Positions 44,807 to 55,272 of a stretch of DNA of 61,855 bases are shown here, one piece after another. Numbering within the stretch: position 1 is the first letter of the stretch; each line of letters begins with the position of its first letter. Position numbers and translations under genes: made by a program. The DNA is from Wickerhamiella versatilis (taxonomy: Eukaryota): positions 1,054,001 to 1,115,855 of the forward strand of contig JAQOWU010000001.1 of the NCBI GenBank assembly GCA_030867685.1. The letters run 5' to 3'. The notes below the pieces were generated by a model. It ran no database searches, had not been told where the DNA came from, and saw only the letters and a program-made list of their open reading frames with translations.

Positions 44807-46120
44807 ATGGCACCTCCAGCAGCTCTCAAGGCAGAGCCAGAACCTACACTACAATCCATTGACTCCAATGCGATTGGCAAGCTAACCTTGAATAGTAGCT
44901 CACCTTCCTATAGAGAGGGGACAAATTCACTCACTATACCCAAGCCGTCACCAAATAATGTGAACGCGGTGAAACATCTTCCAAAGCAAACCAGATCTAG
45001 ATTCCAGCGGCATGGGGTGGACCTTTCAAAAGGTTACCCTGAGTATCCTGAGAACCCTCCGTTTTACTTGGATGAAGGATATGCGATTCGCGGCGAGCCG
45101 TGGACACACATCGAGCGCGGGAAAAATGCAGACCCTGATAAGAAAGCTCTTTTTGACGCGGCTAAGGAGGTAAAACATCTTACTAAATACATCGGAACCG
45201 AGATTGTAGGCCTTCAGATCTCTGAACTTACTGATCAGCAGAGAGATGAATTAGCCCGGCTTATCGCTGAAAGAGTTGTAGTTTTCTTCCGCGACCAGGA
45301 CTTGTCACCCCAGAAACAACTCGAATTAGGCCACTACTACGGTAAAGTTGAGATCCATCCGAAGGTTCCTCACGTACCTGGACTTAATGGAACAACCGTT
45401 ATTTGGCCCAAACTAGCGAATCTCTCAGCGAAGAACAAATTCAGCTTCAAACATCCGGCAGGTACGTCATACTGGCATACCGATCTGGTGCACGAAATCC
45501 AGCCAGCTGGGATCACACACCTCCACAATGATACAATTCCTTCCGTAGGTGGTGACACCGTGTGGGCATCGGGATATGCGGCATATGATAAGTTGTCCAG
45601 ACCTTTCCAGAAATTTCTCGACGGTAAGAAAGCTGTCTACCGGTCCGCACACACATACTTGGACCGCAATGATCCTTTGTCAGGACCTAAATACATTGAA
45701 CGTGAGCACTATCTAGTACGGACCCATCCTGTTACTGCTTGGAAGTCTCTGTTTGTGAACCGGAGCATGACTGTGAGAATTGTCGGTCTCGAGCCAAAAG
45801 AATCAGCTACAATTCTGGAGCTACTCTACGAGGTTTACGAGGGTAATCCAGATATTCAAGTACGGTTTAGTTGGCAACCCACAGTTGAAGGTCTTGGTAC
45901 TTCCGCGTTATGGGACAATCGTATATCCCAGCATTTTGCCGTATGGGACTACGCAAACGAATCTTCTGCAGATGGCATAGAAGATGAAAGTATCGCCCGT
46001 CATGGTACACGTGTTACCTCTCTCGCAGATAAGACTTTTTTGATCCGAATTCGAAATCTCAGAGGGATAGCCTTGGCCTATCGAATCCTTGAACTGGTCC
46101 CATTCATATCTATCTTTTAG
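44807..46120 (+). CDS. JLP1: Jlp1-type sulfonate/2OG dioxygenase; C-terminal tail apparently frameshifted at a T6 run (46036-46041)
   Basis: DLSKGYP, AERVVVFFRDQDLSPQKQL, WHTDLVHE.QPAGITHLHND, WDNRISQH, RHGTRVT. One extra T would give the family-like tail FFDPNSKSQRDSLGLSNP* ending at 46092. Confidence 0.9.
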   Translation: MAPPAALKAEPEPTLQSIDSNAIGKLTLNSSSPSYREGTNSLTIPKPSPNNVNAVKHLPKQTRSRFQRHGVDLSKGYPEYPENPPFYLDEGYAIRGEPWTHIERGKNADPDKKALFDAAKEVKHLTKYIGTEIVGLQISELTDQQRDELARLIAERVVVFFRDQDLSPQKQLELGHYYGKVEIHPKVPHVPGLNGTTVIWPKLANLSAKNKFSFKHPAGTSYWHTDLVHEIQPAGITHLHNDTIPSVGGDTVWASGYAAYDKLSRPFQKFLDGKKAVYRSAHTYLDRNDPLSGPKYIEREHYLVRTHPVTAWKSLFVNRSMTVRIVGLEPKESATILELLYEVYEGNPDIQVRFSWQPTVEGLGTSALWDNRISQHFAVWDYANESSADGIEDESIARHGTRVTSLADKTFLIRIRNLRGIALAYRILELVPFISIF

Positions 46121-46353
46121 ATTTGAATAACTTGAAACATTGCTATTAGAGATTATTTAACTACTATGTGGGATAATTCTTGGTTTTTAAGATCTTCATA
46201 TATATATACGAGGGACTACACTGCGGAATGCTTTTGCTTCCTCATTGATTTTTTCAATATGGAATTTCGGTTTTATTGTCTGGGCTGGCAAACACAAAAA
46301 GGTCCTGGTAAATAAAACAAGCTATTTGCTAGATTTAGAAGTAAAATACTTGA

Positions 46354-47958
46354 TTAAATACTGTGTTCCGCAATTCCATCCTTCTCTGTGAAAGATATTT
46401 GAGCATCTTTCTCATGAATGAAATGCTCATCATGTCTCCCACCCAACCCTGGTAGCGCTCTGTCCTGATAGCTTAGATATATCGCGATGAGTGTTAATAT
46501 CAGGCCTCCTGTACACAAACATGCTGTATATGTCCAGCCAATGAAAAACTCGGGCTTGTAGTCTGTATCCCAGACAAGTATAGGTACAAATGCACCCGTC
46601 ACATACGCAAGATTATTTGTTAATGTGAGAACAATGTGTCTTTTCTCAGTATCACCTCTTAACAATTGGTTAGCCCAGCTGAATATATGGGGCTGACCCC
46701 AGGCTGTAGGTGCACCTACCACGAAATAAGCAAACCAATGCAGTCCAATAGGAACATCCCAGCCAGCTAGAACACCATTGCCAAAAATCTCACAGACAAA
46801 AAATGCTAACACAAAAGGGTAATTGAGACTTCCAAAATAATCACAAACCCAGCCAAGTATCAAAGCTATACCAATCCCAGTACCTAGTATCGCTGTAGGA
46901 TAAGTATTTTTTGCTTCTGGACCAAAGCCAAGATCCTCTTGAAGCCAATATAAAAACTGATTCTGTGACGATACCTCGCAGCTGTTGTTATAAGCCAAAA
47001 ATATCCACGGAAAGATGTATACTTCCCAAGACATAAAGGCTTTCTTAAAAGAGCTCCACGTAAAACTTTTCTGAGGACGCGCTCCAAACTTTTTCCGCCG
47101 AAGTAGAGCAATTTGTCGATCTTCATGTGTAAAATACCAGGATGTTGTTGTCTCTGGCGTGTTGGGATTCATTAGTATTGTATAGAGAGCAATAGGGAAT
47201 GATACAATTCCATCAATGATAAACACCCACTTGTAGGGTGGTTGAACACTAGTATGTTGCAGCCCTTTGATGACGGCAACCTGGAAGTAACTAGTAACCA
47301 TCTGACCAGCGACACCTGAAACTGCGAAAAGAGTAGAGCGCTTGGTGATCTCTCCACTGCTATACCAGCAGCCCAGAAGATACTCTACAACAGGAAAGTA
47401 GCCACTTTCCACAAGACCAACGAAGAATCTCAATGCACAAAGCTTGCCTATTGTATTACATGTTGGAGTGAGGAATGTGAGTGCCATCCAAACCAGCTCC
47501 AATACTCCAAGAAACCAGCGCGCGGGGAACCTATGAACTAGGTAGTTAGAAGGAATTTGGCCAACGATATATCCTGCAGTCCAGCAGGAAGTGAAAACTT
47601 GCTGGTCATTACCACTAGCATGCATATATTCAGCCAAGCCATTGGCGTATGCCACCGTGACATTGTTTTGGTCGACATACTTCAGGAAATAGCCAAAGCA
47701 TACTGAGCTCAGAAAGAATGCATCAAGCTTGAATAAGAAGTTTCTTTCTTTTGGAGGCTTATCGGCGGTATCCCAGAACACCTTAGCAAGCTTGTATTTC
47801 CAGCCACTTCTCCTTTCCAGTTCTCTATCATCCACGGTATTATCAAGTAGTCCCTCCCAGTCTCGATCAAGGTCTGTATACTCCGAATTTGTATCAGAAG
47901 CACCATGGACCCAGTATTCGTCCTTCGTACTTGGATTTACTTCCAAGCTTTGAGCCAT
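46354..47958 (-). CDS. SEO1: Allantoate/pantothenate-family MFS permease, Seo1-like
   Basis: KLD.FFL..C.GYF.KY.DQ.N..AY..G, GQIPSN, LRFFVGL.ES..FP..Y.LG.WY, W.FIIDG. ATG at 47958. Confidence 0.75.
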   Translation of the reverse strand: MAQSLEVNPSTKDEYWVHGASDTNSEYTDLDRDWEGLLDNTVDDRELERRSGWKYKLAKVFWDTADKPPKERNFLFKLDAFFLSSVCFGYFLKYVDQNNVTVAYANGLAEYMHASGNDQQVFTSCWTAGYIVGQIPSNYLVHRFPARWFLGVLELVWMALTFLTPTCNTIGKLCALRFFVGLVESGYFPVVEYLLGCWYSSGEITKRSTLFAVSGVAGQMVTSYFQVAVIKGLQHTSVQPPYKWVFIIDGIVSFPIALYTILMNPNTPETTTSWYFTHEDRQIALLRRKKFGARPQKSFTWSSFKKAFMSWEVYIFPWIFLAYNNSCEVSSQNQFLYWLQEDLGFGPEAKNTYPTAILGTGIGIALILGWVCDYFGSLNYPFVLAFFVCEIFGNGVLAGWDVPIGLHWFAYFVVGAPTAWGQPHIFSWANQLLRGDTEKRHIVLTLTNNLAYVTGAFVPILVWDTDYKPEFFIGWTYTACLCTGGLILTLIAIYLSYQDRALPGLGGRHDEHFIHEKDAQISFTEKDGIAEHSI

Positions 47959-48021
47959 TTTGTCAGATTTGGCAATTTCGCCACTGCTCACTTTTTTATC
48001 AATTCTAACACTGGTTTGATA

Positions 48022-48048
48022 TCACGTGAATTATGTATTTTCACGTGA
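48022..48048. promoter_or_regulatory. Tandem TCACGTGA (Cbf1-type) sites upstream of the SEO1-like gene
   Basis: TCACGTGA at 48022-48029 and 48041-48048; ACTGTGG (Met31/32-like core) at 48166-48172. Confidence 0.7.
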
Positions 48049-48666
48049 CGTTTATCCTCGAGATAGCGTCTGAAAGTAGAGAGCAGAACGACACAACCGA
48101 TAAATGAAGAATTCCCTCCAGTATTGCTTTTTGGCAATACTTATGTTATCTTGTGGGCTACTTTCACTGTGGTAATTCGCCCTTCTTAGAATCTTTACCC
48201 TAAACCGATCACGTATGACCAGGCCCGGATGGACATGATAAGATTCTTGACTGAATATTGAGAGTTGTGGTTCCTTGAATATATCAAAAATTAGCCTTTT
48301 GAAGCTAATAAGCCAAGCTTCCTGCTCTAGTGAGCTATTGCTGGGTATTTAATAACAACAATAATCCGTTTTCTGTCGTTCTTCAAGTCTTTGCCATGAT
48401 ACTCAGGACTTTTTAGTACTCAGTTCGCTGATATAAACCTATTCTCAGTCATTCAGCCGCATGAGCCAAAACAAGCTGAAACATACCGCTCGAAAGTATA
48501 AGCAATTCTCGCAATTTCTCTGGTGGAGTGAAGATGGTGCTCCTTTTGCTAGTAACTCGAGATCTAGCAGTAAACAGAGCTTAAATTAGATAGTTTAACT
48601 TATTTATTAGAATAGTTATTTCATTGGTAGGAGATAGTGATAAGACTCACTTAATTGAAACTATGC

Positions 48667-51072
48667 TTATCGGTTCTCGTATTGTTTCTTTTTGAAAGAC
48701 ACCGAATCAAAGAGTATCTGCGTCCATTCTCTTGGCCAATCGCGTAAGAGTTCATCATCTATTGCCTCTGGACGATTAAGGTAATCGCTTGCAATGAGAT
48801 TTAGGTTTTCAAGGAACAAAGTCCTATCACTCAACGATAGCAGTGAGTGAGCATTTCTTTGACCACCAGGCCGACTAAGTCTCTCTGCTTCCCAATGCTC
48901 CATCAGCTCGCGATTCGGAAGTTTAGCCAATTTATTGAATACGAGTGCAGCCACAAAGGCTTGCTTTTCCCAGGCCGTGAAAGAGGGAGTACCAGTAGGT
49001 GGCCCAACAAAGGCAATATGATTGGAGTATATGTCGAACGTATGCTCGAAAATACCTGGTATATAATGAGCACCACCAGGAGATGAATAGGGTACCTTTT
49101 TGTGAGATTCTGGGTGGCGCCGATCCAAGTTCTGGAGAAACGGGAAGTGAAAGCGGTAGCCCGTTGCCAATATAATAGCATCAACAGTTTCTCCAGCATC
49201 AGTGTCCGAAAAATAAACGGAATTCCCAGCTACTTTTACCAAACTGCTTCGAAGTTCGACTCCTTTGCTCTCCACAGATCGTCCATAGGGGTGTTCCGAC
49301 CTTTGAGCAAGGAAAATCTTTGAAGCCGCAGTTCTGAGCTGATCCTTGATATCTAGACCACTTTCCCGTGTACCTACAACAAGAACCTTCTTATTTCGAA
49401 ATGGCGTGGGACCACGATAATCCGCGGAGTGAATCAGTTTTCCTGGAAACTTATCTAACCCTGGCACATCGGGTACTCGAGGCTCCCAGTTGTGGCCTAC
49501 CGCAACAATCAAGAAATCATAGTCCTTTTCCTCCCAGAGATTCTCGGATTCATTCACTTTTTGGCAGGTTATGATTCTGAATTTGGGATGATCCTCAGAC
49601 CCATGATTTTTTACATCCTCCACGGATGTGTTAAAATGAATATACTTTTCATATGGTTTTATTGAATTATCAACACGCTCCGCAACTTCCTCGCCAGAAA
49701 TAAAAAAAGGGCTTTCTTTTTGCAAGTCTTGTTTGAAGGCAGTAAAGCCAAACATAATCTGCTGGGGTACATTTGTCACAAGACCTGGATAAACAGGTGA
49801 TTCACTGTATTTCTCCCTAGAATTGCTGGGTAGTTTTGAAGGAAAGGGTCCATTTGGTATCTGCAAAGACTTTTTCGGTTGCCTTAAGTCTTCAGAATCT
49901 GAGAAATCTTTTTCATTTCTTTTTGCCCATATCCCCCCAGGTTTATCTCGCCGCTCAAAAATATCAATTTGATGATGAGGAAACTTAAGAAATGCTCTGG
50001 CTGAGGATATTCCAGATGGACCTGAGCCAATTATGGCTACACGTTTGGGCTCAAGTTCATAAGATGGCGACGGGAGCTGAGAGCCGAATGATATATAGTT
50101 CGGAGCTCCATGCGCTTGTCCATACGGAAGCTTTTTAAATGGCTCTGTCGGCTTACCTTGCTCCAAAAGTTGCCTCAAACTGGGATTGCTGATAAAATGA
50201 TCCGAAAAACTTACTGCTTGCGCAGTATTTAATGCCTCCCCGATCAAAGAGGGATCTGGCAAAGACCATATTACTGGGAACCGTTTTGAAGGAAGTTTTG
50301 TTCCAAATGGTAGTCTCAAATATGCAATCTTGATACCTAGAGAACTTAGATCAACTTCTCGGTCCAGGTAAACACCCACCCTACCCGGAAAGATGCCCGA
50401 TAAGGCTGAAATTGTCTCTTTCAGGAGTCGTAGTGGGTCAGCATACTTATCACTACGCAAATTGCTCTGAGGATCCAGAAATTGACCTATGAGGGAATTA
50501 CCCCCAGCATTCACCTCTACTCCATCGGCACCTGAAAGTTTTGCATTTTGTGAGCTGATGGCAAAGCTGTCGATGATTCGCGCTATCTCCTCTGCAGTAA
50601 GCTCTCGAGGAATACTCGATTTATCACACCATTCGTCATTGAGCTCTACCACTGGCGTAGTGGTAGATGGACCTACGGTCTCAGTGTCCTCAAAAGATGA
50701 GGGAGTGAGTTTATCGTAGTAATAGACCTGGTTGCGCAACAGAACACCTTTAGTAGTGCTTCGCCCAGGATGAAATAACTGAATATAGAACTTGCCACCT
50801 GATTGGTGAATTAGGTCAACTATCGCCTTCCACGCTGCTACCTGTTCCAAACTTGCAATGAGAGGAGCGAATAACGATGTGCCAGCACTATATCCAACCC
50901 CCACAGGTTCTGAAATGGTGAGCGACTTACCTTGAGACCTTTCAATGTAAAACTTTCTGGCTAATTGAGATGGTATTCCCCAAGGAGCACGTCGATTATC
51001 AGAAGATGCGTGAACAACGCGATTATCGACTACTTGGCCACCAATTTCAATTTCTGAGAACACAGCGGCCAT
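48667..51072 (-). CDS. Fusion: degenerate Old Yellow Enzyme barrel + class B flavin-containing monooxygenase (FMO)
   Basis: N-term NRVV.A, WK.IVD.IH..G.KFYIQLFHPGR, PRELT.EEI, GADGVEVN, QFL...SN.R.DKY, FISNP. C-term AIIGSGPSG, FPGKLIHSADYR (FxGxxxHxxxY), VVGTRESGLD, ATGY. Confidence 0.88.
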   Translation of the reverse strand: MAAVFSEIEIGGQVVDNRVVHASSDNRRAPWGIPSQLARKFYIERSQGKSLTISEPVGVGYSAGTSLFAPLIASLEQVAAWKAIVDLIHQSGGKFYIQLFHPGRSTTKGVLLRNQVYYYDKLTPSSFEDTETVGPSTTTPVVELNDEWCDKSSIPRELTAEEIARIIDSFAISSQNAKLSGADGVEVNAGGNSLIGQFLDPQSNLRSDKYADPLRLLKETISALSGIFPGRVGVYLDREVDLSSLGIKIAYLRLPFGTKLPSKRFPVIWSLPDPSLIGEALNTAQAVSFSDHFISNPSLRQLLEQGKPTEPFKKLPYGQAHGAPNYISFGSQLPSPSYELEPKRVAIIGSGPSGISSARAFLKFPHHQIDIFERRDKPGGIWAKRNEKDFSDSEDLRQPKKSLQIPNGPFPSKLPSNSREKYSESPVYPGLVTNVPQQIMFGFTAFKQDLQKESPFFISGEEVAERVDNSIKPYEKYIHFNTSVEDVKNHGSEDHPKFRIITCQKVNESENLWEEKDYDFLIVAVGHNWEPRVPDVPGLDKFPGKLIHSADYRGPTPFRNKKVLVVGTRESGLDIKDQLRTAASKIFLAQRSEHPYGRSVESKGVELRSSLVKVAGNSVYFSDTDAGETVDAIILATGYRFHFPFLQNLDRRHPESHKKVPYSSPGGAHYIPGIFEHTFDIYSNHIAFVGPPTGTPSFTAWEKQAFVAALVFNKLAKLPNRELMEHWEAERLSRPGGQRNAHSLLSLSDRTLFLENLNLIASDYLNRPEAIDDELLRDWPREWTQILFDSVSFKKKQYENR

Positions 51073-51598
51073 AACCTTACTTTATAGTGAGTAAAAACGC
51101 AAATATTAATCTCTAGTCTGCTTATTCGCCTAATCTCTATCGATGGTGCAACAACATGTGATTTGACATGCGTGATGACTTACCATGGTCTATCTATGTG
51201 ATAGCACTTACGAACGGAGAAATGGTCAAGCAATTAGGTCTGAAATAATTACTAGCAACCCGATGAGTTGAGTGGTTACCCTCTCAATATTAAGTTTTTT
51301 CTTCTTTATCACCCTGCCGTGAAAACCTTCTAGTCCATCTGAGCAGACATGCCAGTATTACTGGTGTTTGGTAAGTGCAATGCGGTATCATTTGATGGTT
51401 TAAATGCTATTTAAATGGCGTGAGTTCTAATCAGTAAGATAAGCCGCATTCTCGTGCAGGAAGTAGTTATCATTATGTCTACTTCACTACCTTAGGCTGC
51501 CTGGGCGATGCACGGTAGCTTTTGTCGTGGTGGGTTACCAATGAATGTATTTCGGGCAATATTTTATATCTATACAAAGTACAGGTCTATTCCGCAGT

Positions 51599-52156
51599 CT
51601 AGTGCTTGAGCTGCATGAGCCGAGTGTTGGCATTGGTCAGCGCATTAACCTTGTTATCACTAACATGGTAGTCCTTGGATGCCATGTCATTCAGCTTGCC
51701 AATGGCTTCTGAGAGATCCTTGACCCCGCCGTCGGTTATCATGTCAATAGCACCACCACCGATGTTACCGATCAGAACTTCGACACCATTGGTCACCGAC
51801 TGGAAGAAGTCGCCGAGAAGGAAGTTGCCAATGTCCTTGTTGATACCGAGGGAAGCATATGTCAACAGCTTGGAGTCCGTGAGCATACCCAGAACATTGT
51901 CAATCTGGGAATCAGTCCCAGTAATCAAGGCGTTGAGGGAGCTGGCAACTGCATGGCCGTCTCCAGATTTGATTTGTCCTGCCAGAGTATCAACGACTTG
52001 CTTCGAGTTTGTTATCGCATTGTGGAGGCCAGCCATGTTAGGGTTGGAGTTGGAATCATAGTCGCTCTGGTCGAAGCAATCCTCAACAGTGTTGTCGAAG
52101 TTTGAAGGGGCAGCAAGGACGGCAGAGACAAGTAGGGAAAGAGTGGTAAATTGCAT
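51599..52156 (-). CDS. Small secreted protein of unknown function
   Basis: Signal peptide MQFTTLSLLVSAVLA-AP, 185 aa, visibly C/G-ending codon bias. Confidence 0.8.
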   Translation of the reverse strand: MQFTTLSLLVSAVLAAPSNFDNTVEDCFDQSDYDSNSNPNMAGLHNAITNSKQVVDTLAGQIKSGDGHAVASSLNALITGTDSQIDNVLGMLTDSKLLTYASLGINKDIGNFLLGDFFQSVTNGVEVLIGNIGGGAIDMITDGGVKDLSEAIGKLNDMASKDYHVSDNKVNALTNANTRLMQLKH

Positions 52157-53800
52157 GAGCGAGTGAATGATGAATTATTTGGTGAAATTTGCTACTGTAT
52201 TTAAGCGACCACTGCAAAATTAGCTCATACTCCTGAAACAATCATCCAAATTTCTTAAGCTTTAGGGTTATGTCGGCTAATATCGCTTCGAGGCCTTAAT
52301 GTATCAGTGAAATGAACCTAATTCCTTTCACTATGACTACGCATAGTACCTCTCTCCCTTTCGAGTATATTGATAACAATCGATCCAATTTGTCATATAT
52401 GTACACACGTGTCCGGACAATATATATATAAAGCCGGTTGCTCTTCGACTCAAATAATCTCATTAAACATTTATCTAGTCAGTGATGTATAGGATTGAAT
52501 AACTGTCATGTAAAAATATACAGTCTAATTTGGCATTACAAATGAACTGAACTCATCTAAGCTGCAATGTATTAAGCCGATTAACCCAACACATCCAAGA
52601 TGGATAACAACTAGAAATCTCTCGAAGCCGGGGATGTGTATATATCGGAAAAGAAGAAAACAAGCCAAGAAACTGCCTAAGACCACCAGGACAATAAAAA
52701 GTTAGCCACTTCTCGTGGTGAGAAGAACATTATATTTCACAAAATCTACTAGATAGTACTCTCAAGAGCGTTTTGCTGGTGAATTGTAAGACTTGTGAGA
52801 TATCTTTCAACGTACTTGTCAAACCTCACCAATATTTGAGGGTTGATCACCGCATTTACAAACAAGGTTAAATATTTCGCAGCAGAATTAAGCCAGAAAC
52901 AAGGAAACGAGGAAAAAACAACGCAACAATAGACGGTGAAAAAGATGCAAAAAAAAACTACAGCACCTGCCGTTCTCACGTGGTCTCCCACCGTAATACT
53001 GAATCAGGCTCTCAGCAGCTTATGTATGGCTGATCGGACGGGAAGCCCAGTTACCTGCTGGATATGGCCGTAGCTGTTAATGAAGTTTGTACAATACTTT
53101 ATAATCATACTTCTGAGAAGTGCCTTGTGCTAGCTCTAGGTACGTCCACGGTATGCAAAGATAAGAATATACGAGAGGTTGAATACTCGCGCATCAGCTT
53201 CTGCTATGATAAGAGCTATAGTATGCAAATGTACCAATGGTATGTAGATAATCGATTGGTTCCCACAATAACAAGCGGGAAAATGGACTGGTAAAACCTG
53301 CCAGTAACATTGAAAGCTTTCGGGCTTTTCAACGATACCACTGAGACCCTACTTGCGGTGAAAAACCTGTCCCAGCGGACGCTAAATTTGAATTTTAACC
53401 TACCTTAACGGCACCCATTTTATTCCTGGCGCCCCGGAAAACCAGCAATACATGACGGAAACGCTTCTGGAATGGCTACCTAATCTATAAGCGCTGACTG
53501 GGCCCATTCGAACAATATAATTAGTTTGATTATTCGCCTAGCCCGTGTAGATATCAGCCTGTGAATACTAGATAGTATTACCAGCGACCGGGAGATATTG
53601 CGCTCATGTAATTTGGGTAGCGGCTGGTAGGATAAGCAGACCGAGGGGCAAATCTATGTCATTCTTAGATGATTAAATTGTGGGTTTATACAGCAATTTG
53701 ATTTATAAAGAATTCAATCTGTTTCAAACACATAAATGGATCCAATAGCCATTGTGGTAATCACAAATAACGTTATTCTATTCTTAAAGAAAATAGCTCT

Positions 53801-55085
53801 CTAATCGCGATTCCAAGAAGATCCTGCTTTTTCCTTTTCCTTTGCTGCATTCGCCAGGTCCTCTGTGCGGAGCTTCGAATTTGGATCCAAAAATGGTCGC
53901 TCACCTAGAGAAAGTGCACGTATACCTACGCGGGGTAGAATATCGCGGTTGGGAAGTCTGAGGTCGTGAATTATCGTGTGATAAGTTGATCTATTGTCCC
54001 AAATTGCGATATCATATTTGTTCCACTTGTAACGCAGTTGAATCTCAGGGCTGCTCTTCAACAAGTCGCTCAAATACCTTTTGACATAGTCGTTTTCTTG
54101 ACCACTGACTTCGTTGATCTTAGTGAAATGGTGTCCGATTCCGAATATAGACTTCCAGCCGGTAACTGGATTGGTACCAACTATTGGATGAGTAGCTGTT
54201 AGCTCGGTGCCTACGTTTTCCGGTGCACCTCGCTCTTCAGACCAGAAAGGAACCTTCTGTTTCGCTGAGACATTAGCAAATTGCGGCTGAGAGTACTCTC
54301 CTGTAAGCTTTTCCAAGTATGAAAGAAACTCGGGACTGACTTTTTCAGCCAATCCATAGCCAGATGCCCAGATTGTATCGCCGCCACTGCCCCCCTACAC
54401 TACCTGAATGGACTTGGGAAAGTTCACTTTCATCAGCCGAGCTGCTAGGGGTCTTTGTAAGCCTCAAACCAGCATAACTAGCTGGCACAGGCTCAAAAGT
54501 GATATCACTGTGGAATCCTCCCGCGGGATCCCACCCAGATGAACGACTGATGCCTTTGAATTATTCCGCAAGCAGTTCAGAGTCAAGCACATGGACTTCT
54601 GGAATCGCTTTCCCGTTGTGGGGATCAATTGCAGAATTAGTAAATGATGTGGGGTGAATGTGGAGACCTGAAGAAGATGGTTTATTTGCGGCTCGACCCA
54701 GAGCGTCCACCAGGCGTTTCTGCTGGTCAACGGATAGATCATACTGATTCTTGAAAAAGACCACACCTCTTTCGCTAACCGTTATAGCTAGATCACGCAA
54801 GAGCTCTTCATCCTGTAGTATGTCTGTTAGCCTGGCTTCTTCGTAGAATTTTCGGCCCAGACCTGGCGTCACTTCAGTAAACTTGTACTTTCCACTTAGT
54901 TTTCCCGAGTGTTTCAGAGGCTTGTAATTTTTGAGAACCGATGGGCCTTCTTTAGGCGTATGCGCCCAAGGAGATGGTCCTACCAGCTTAGATTTGGGGT
55001 TGTTCCTGAATGGGGTAGGATCTTCTTGATAACTAACAAATTTAAGCGAGTCTAAAGGAGAATCAACCGAGAGAGCCGGTGCCAT
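53801..55085 (-). pseudogene. Third TauD-family dioxygenase, interrupted
   Basis: RDLAITVSERGVVFF, an in-frame TAA at 54561-54563, FHSDITFEPVP, a +1 shift in a G6 run (54390-54395), then GGDTIWASGY, HPIV.TNPVTGWK, WDNRSTYH. Confidence 0.88.
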
Positions 55086-55272
55086 TTTCTGCTCACTTGT
55101 TGAAATAGTAGGACCATCGTCGTTCCTTTATACTTGCAAATTGCATCATAGCATTACAAAACACGTGATACATGTTATACACGACAACTAAGCTAGCCCA
55201 ATTGCAATCAACATATCAAAATACGTATAGCAGCCGTGAAAAGCTAGTGAACTGTCTCGTTAAAAGATATCT

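Noticed and set aside
52200-53800. Short ORFs (52749-52991, 53064-53294) in the gap within the cluster
   Set aside because: No recognisable motifs; they could be decayed genes but I cannot support a call
54400-54460. Intron explaining the insert and frameshift in the third TauD gene
   Set aside because: Available GT..AG spans are 33 nt or shorter, lack a branch motif, and would not remove the upstream TAA
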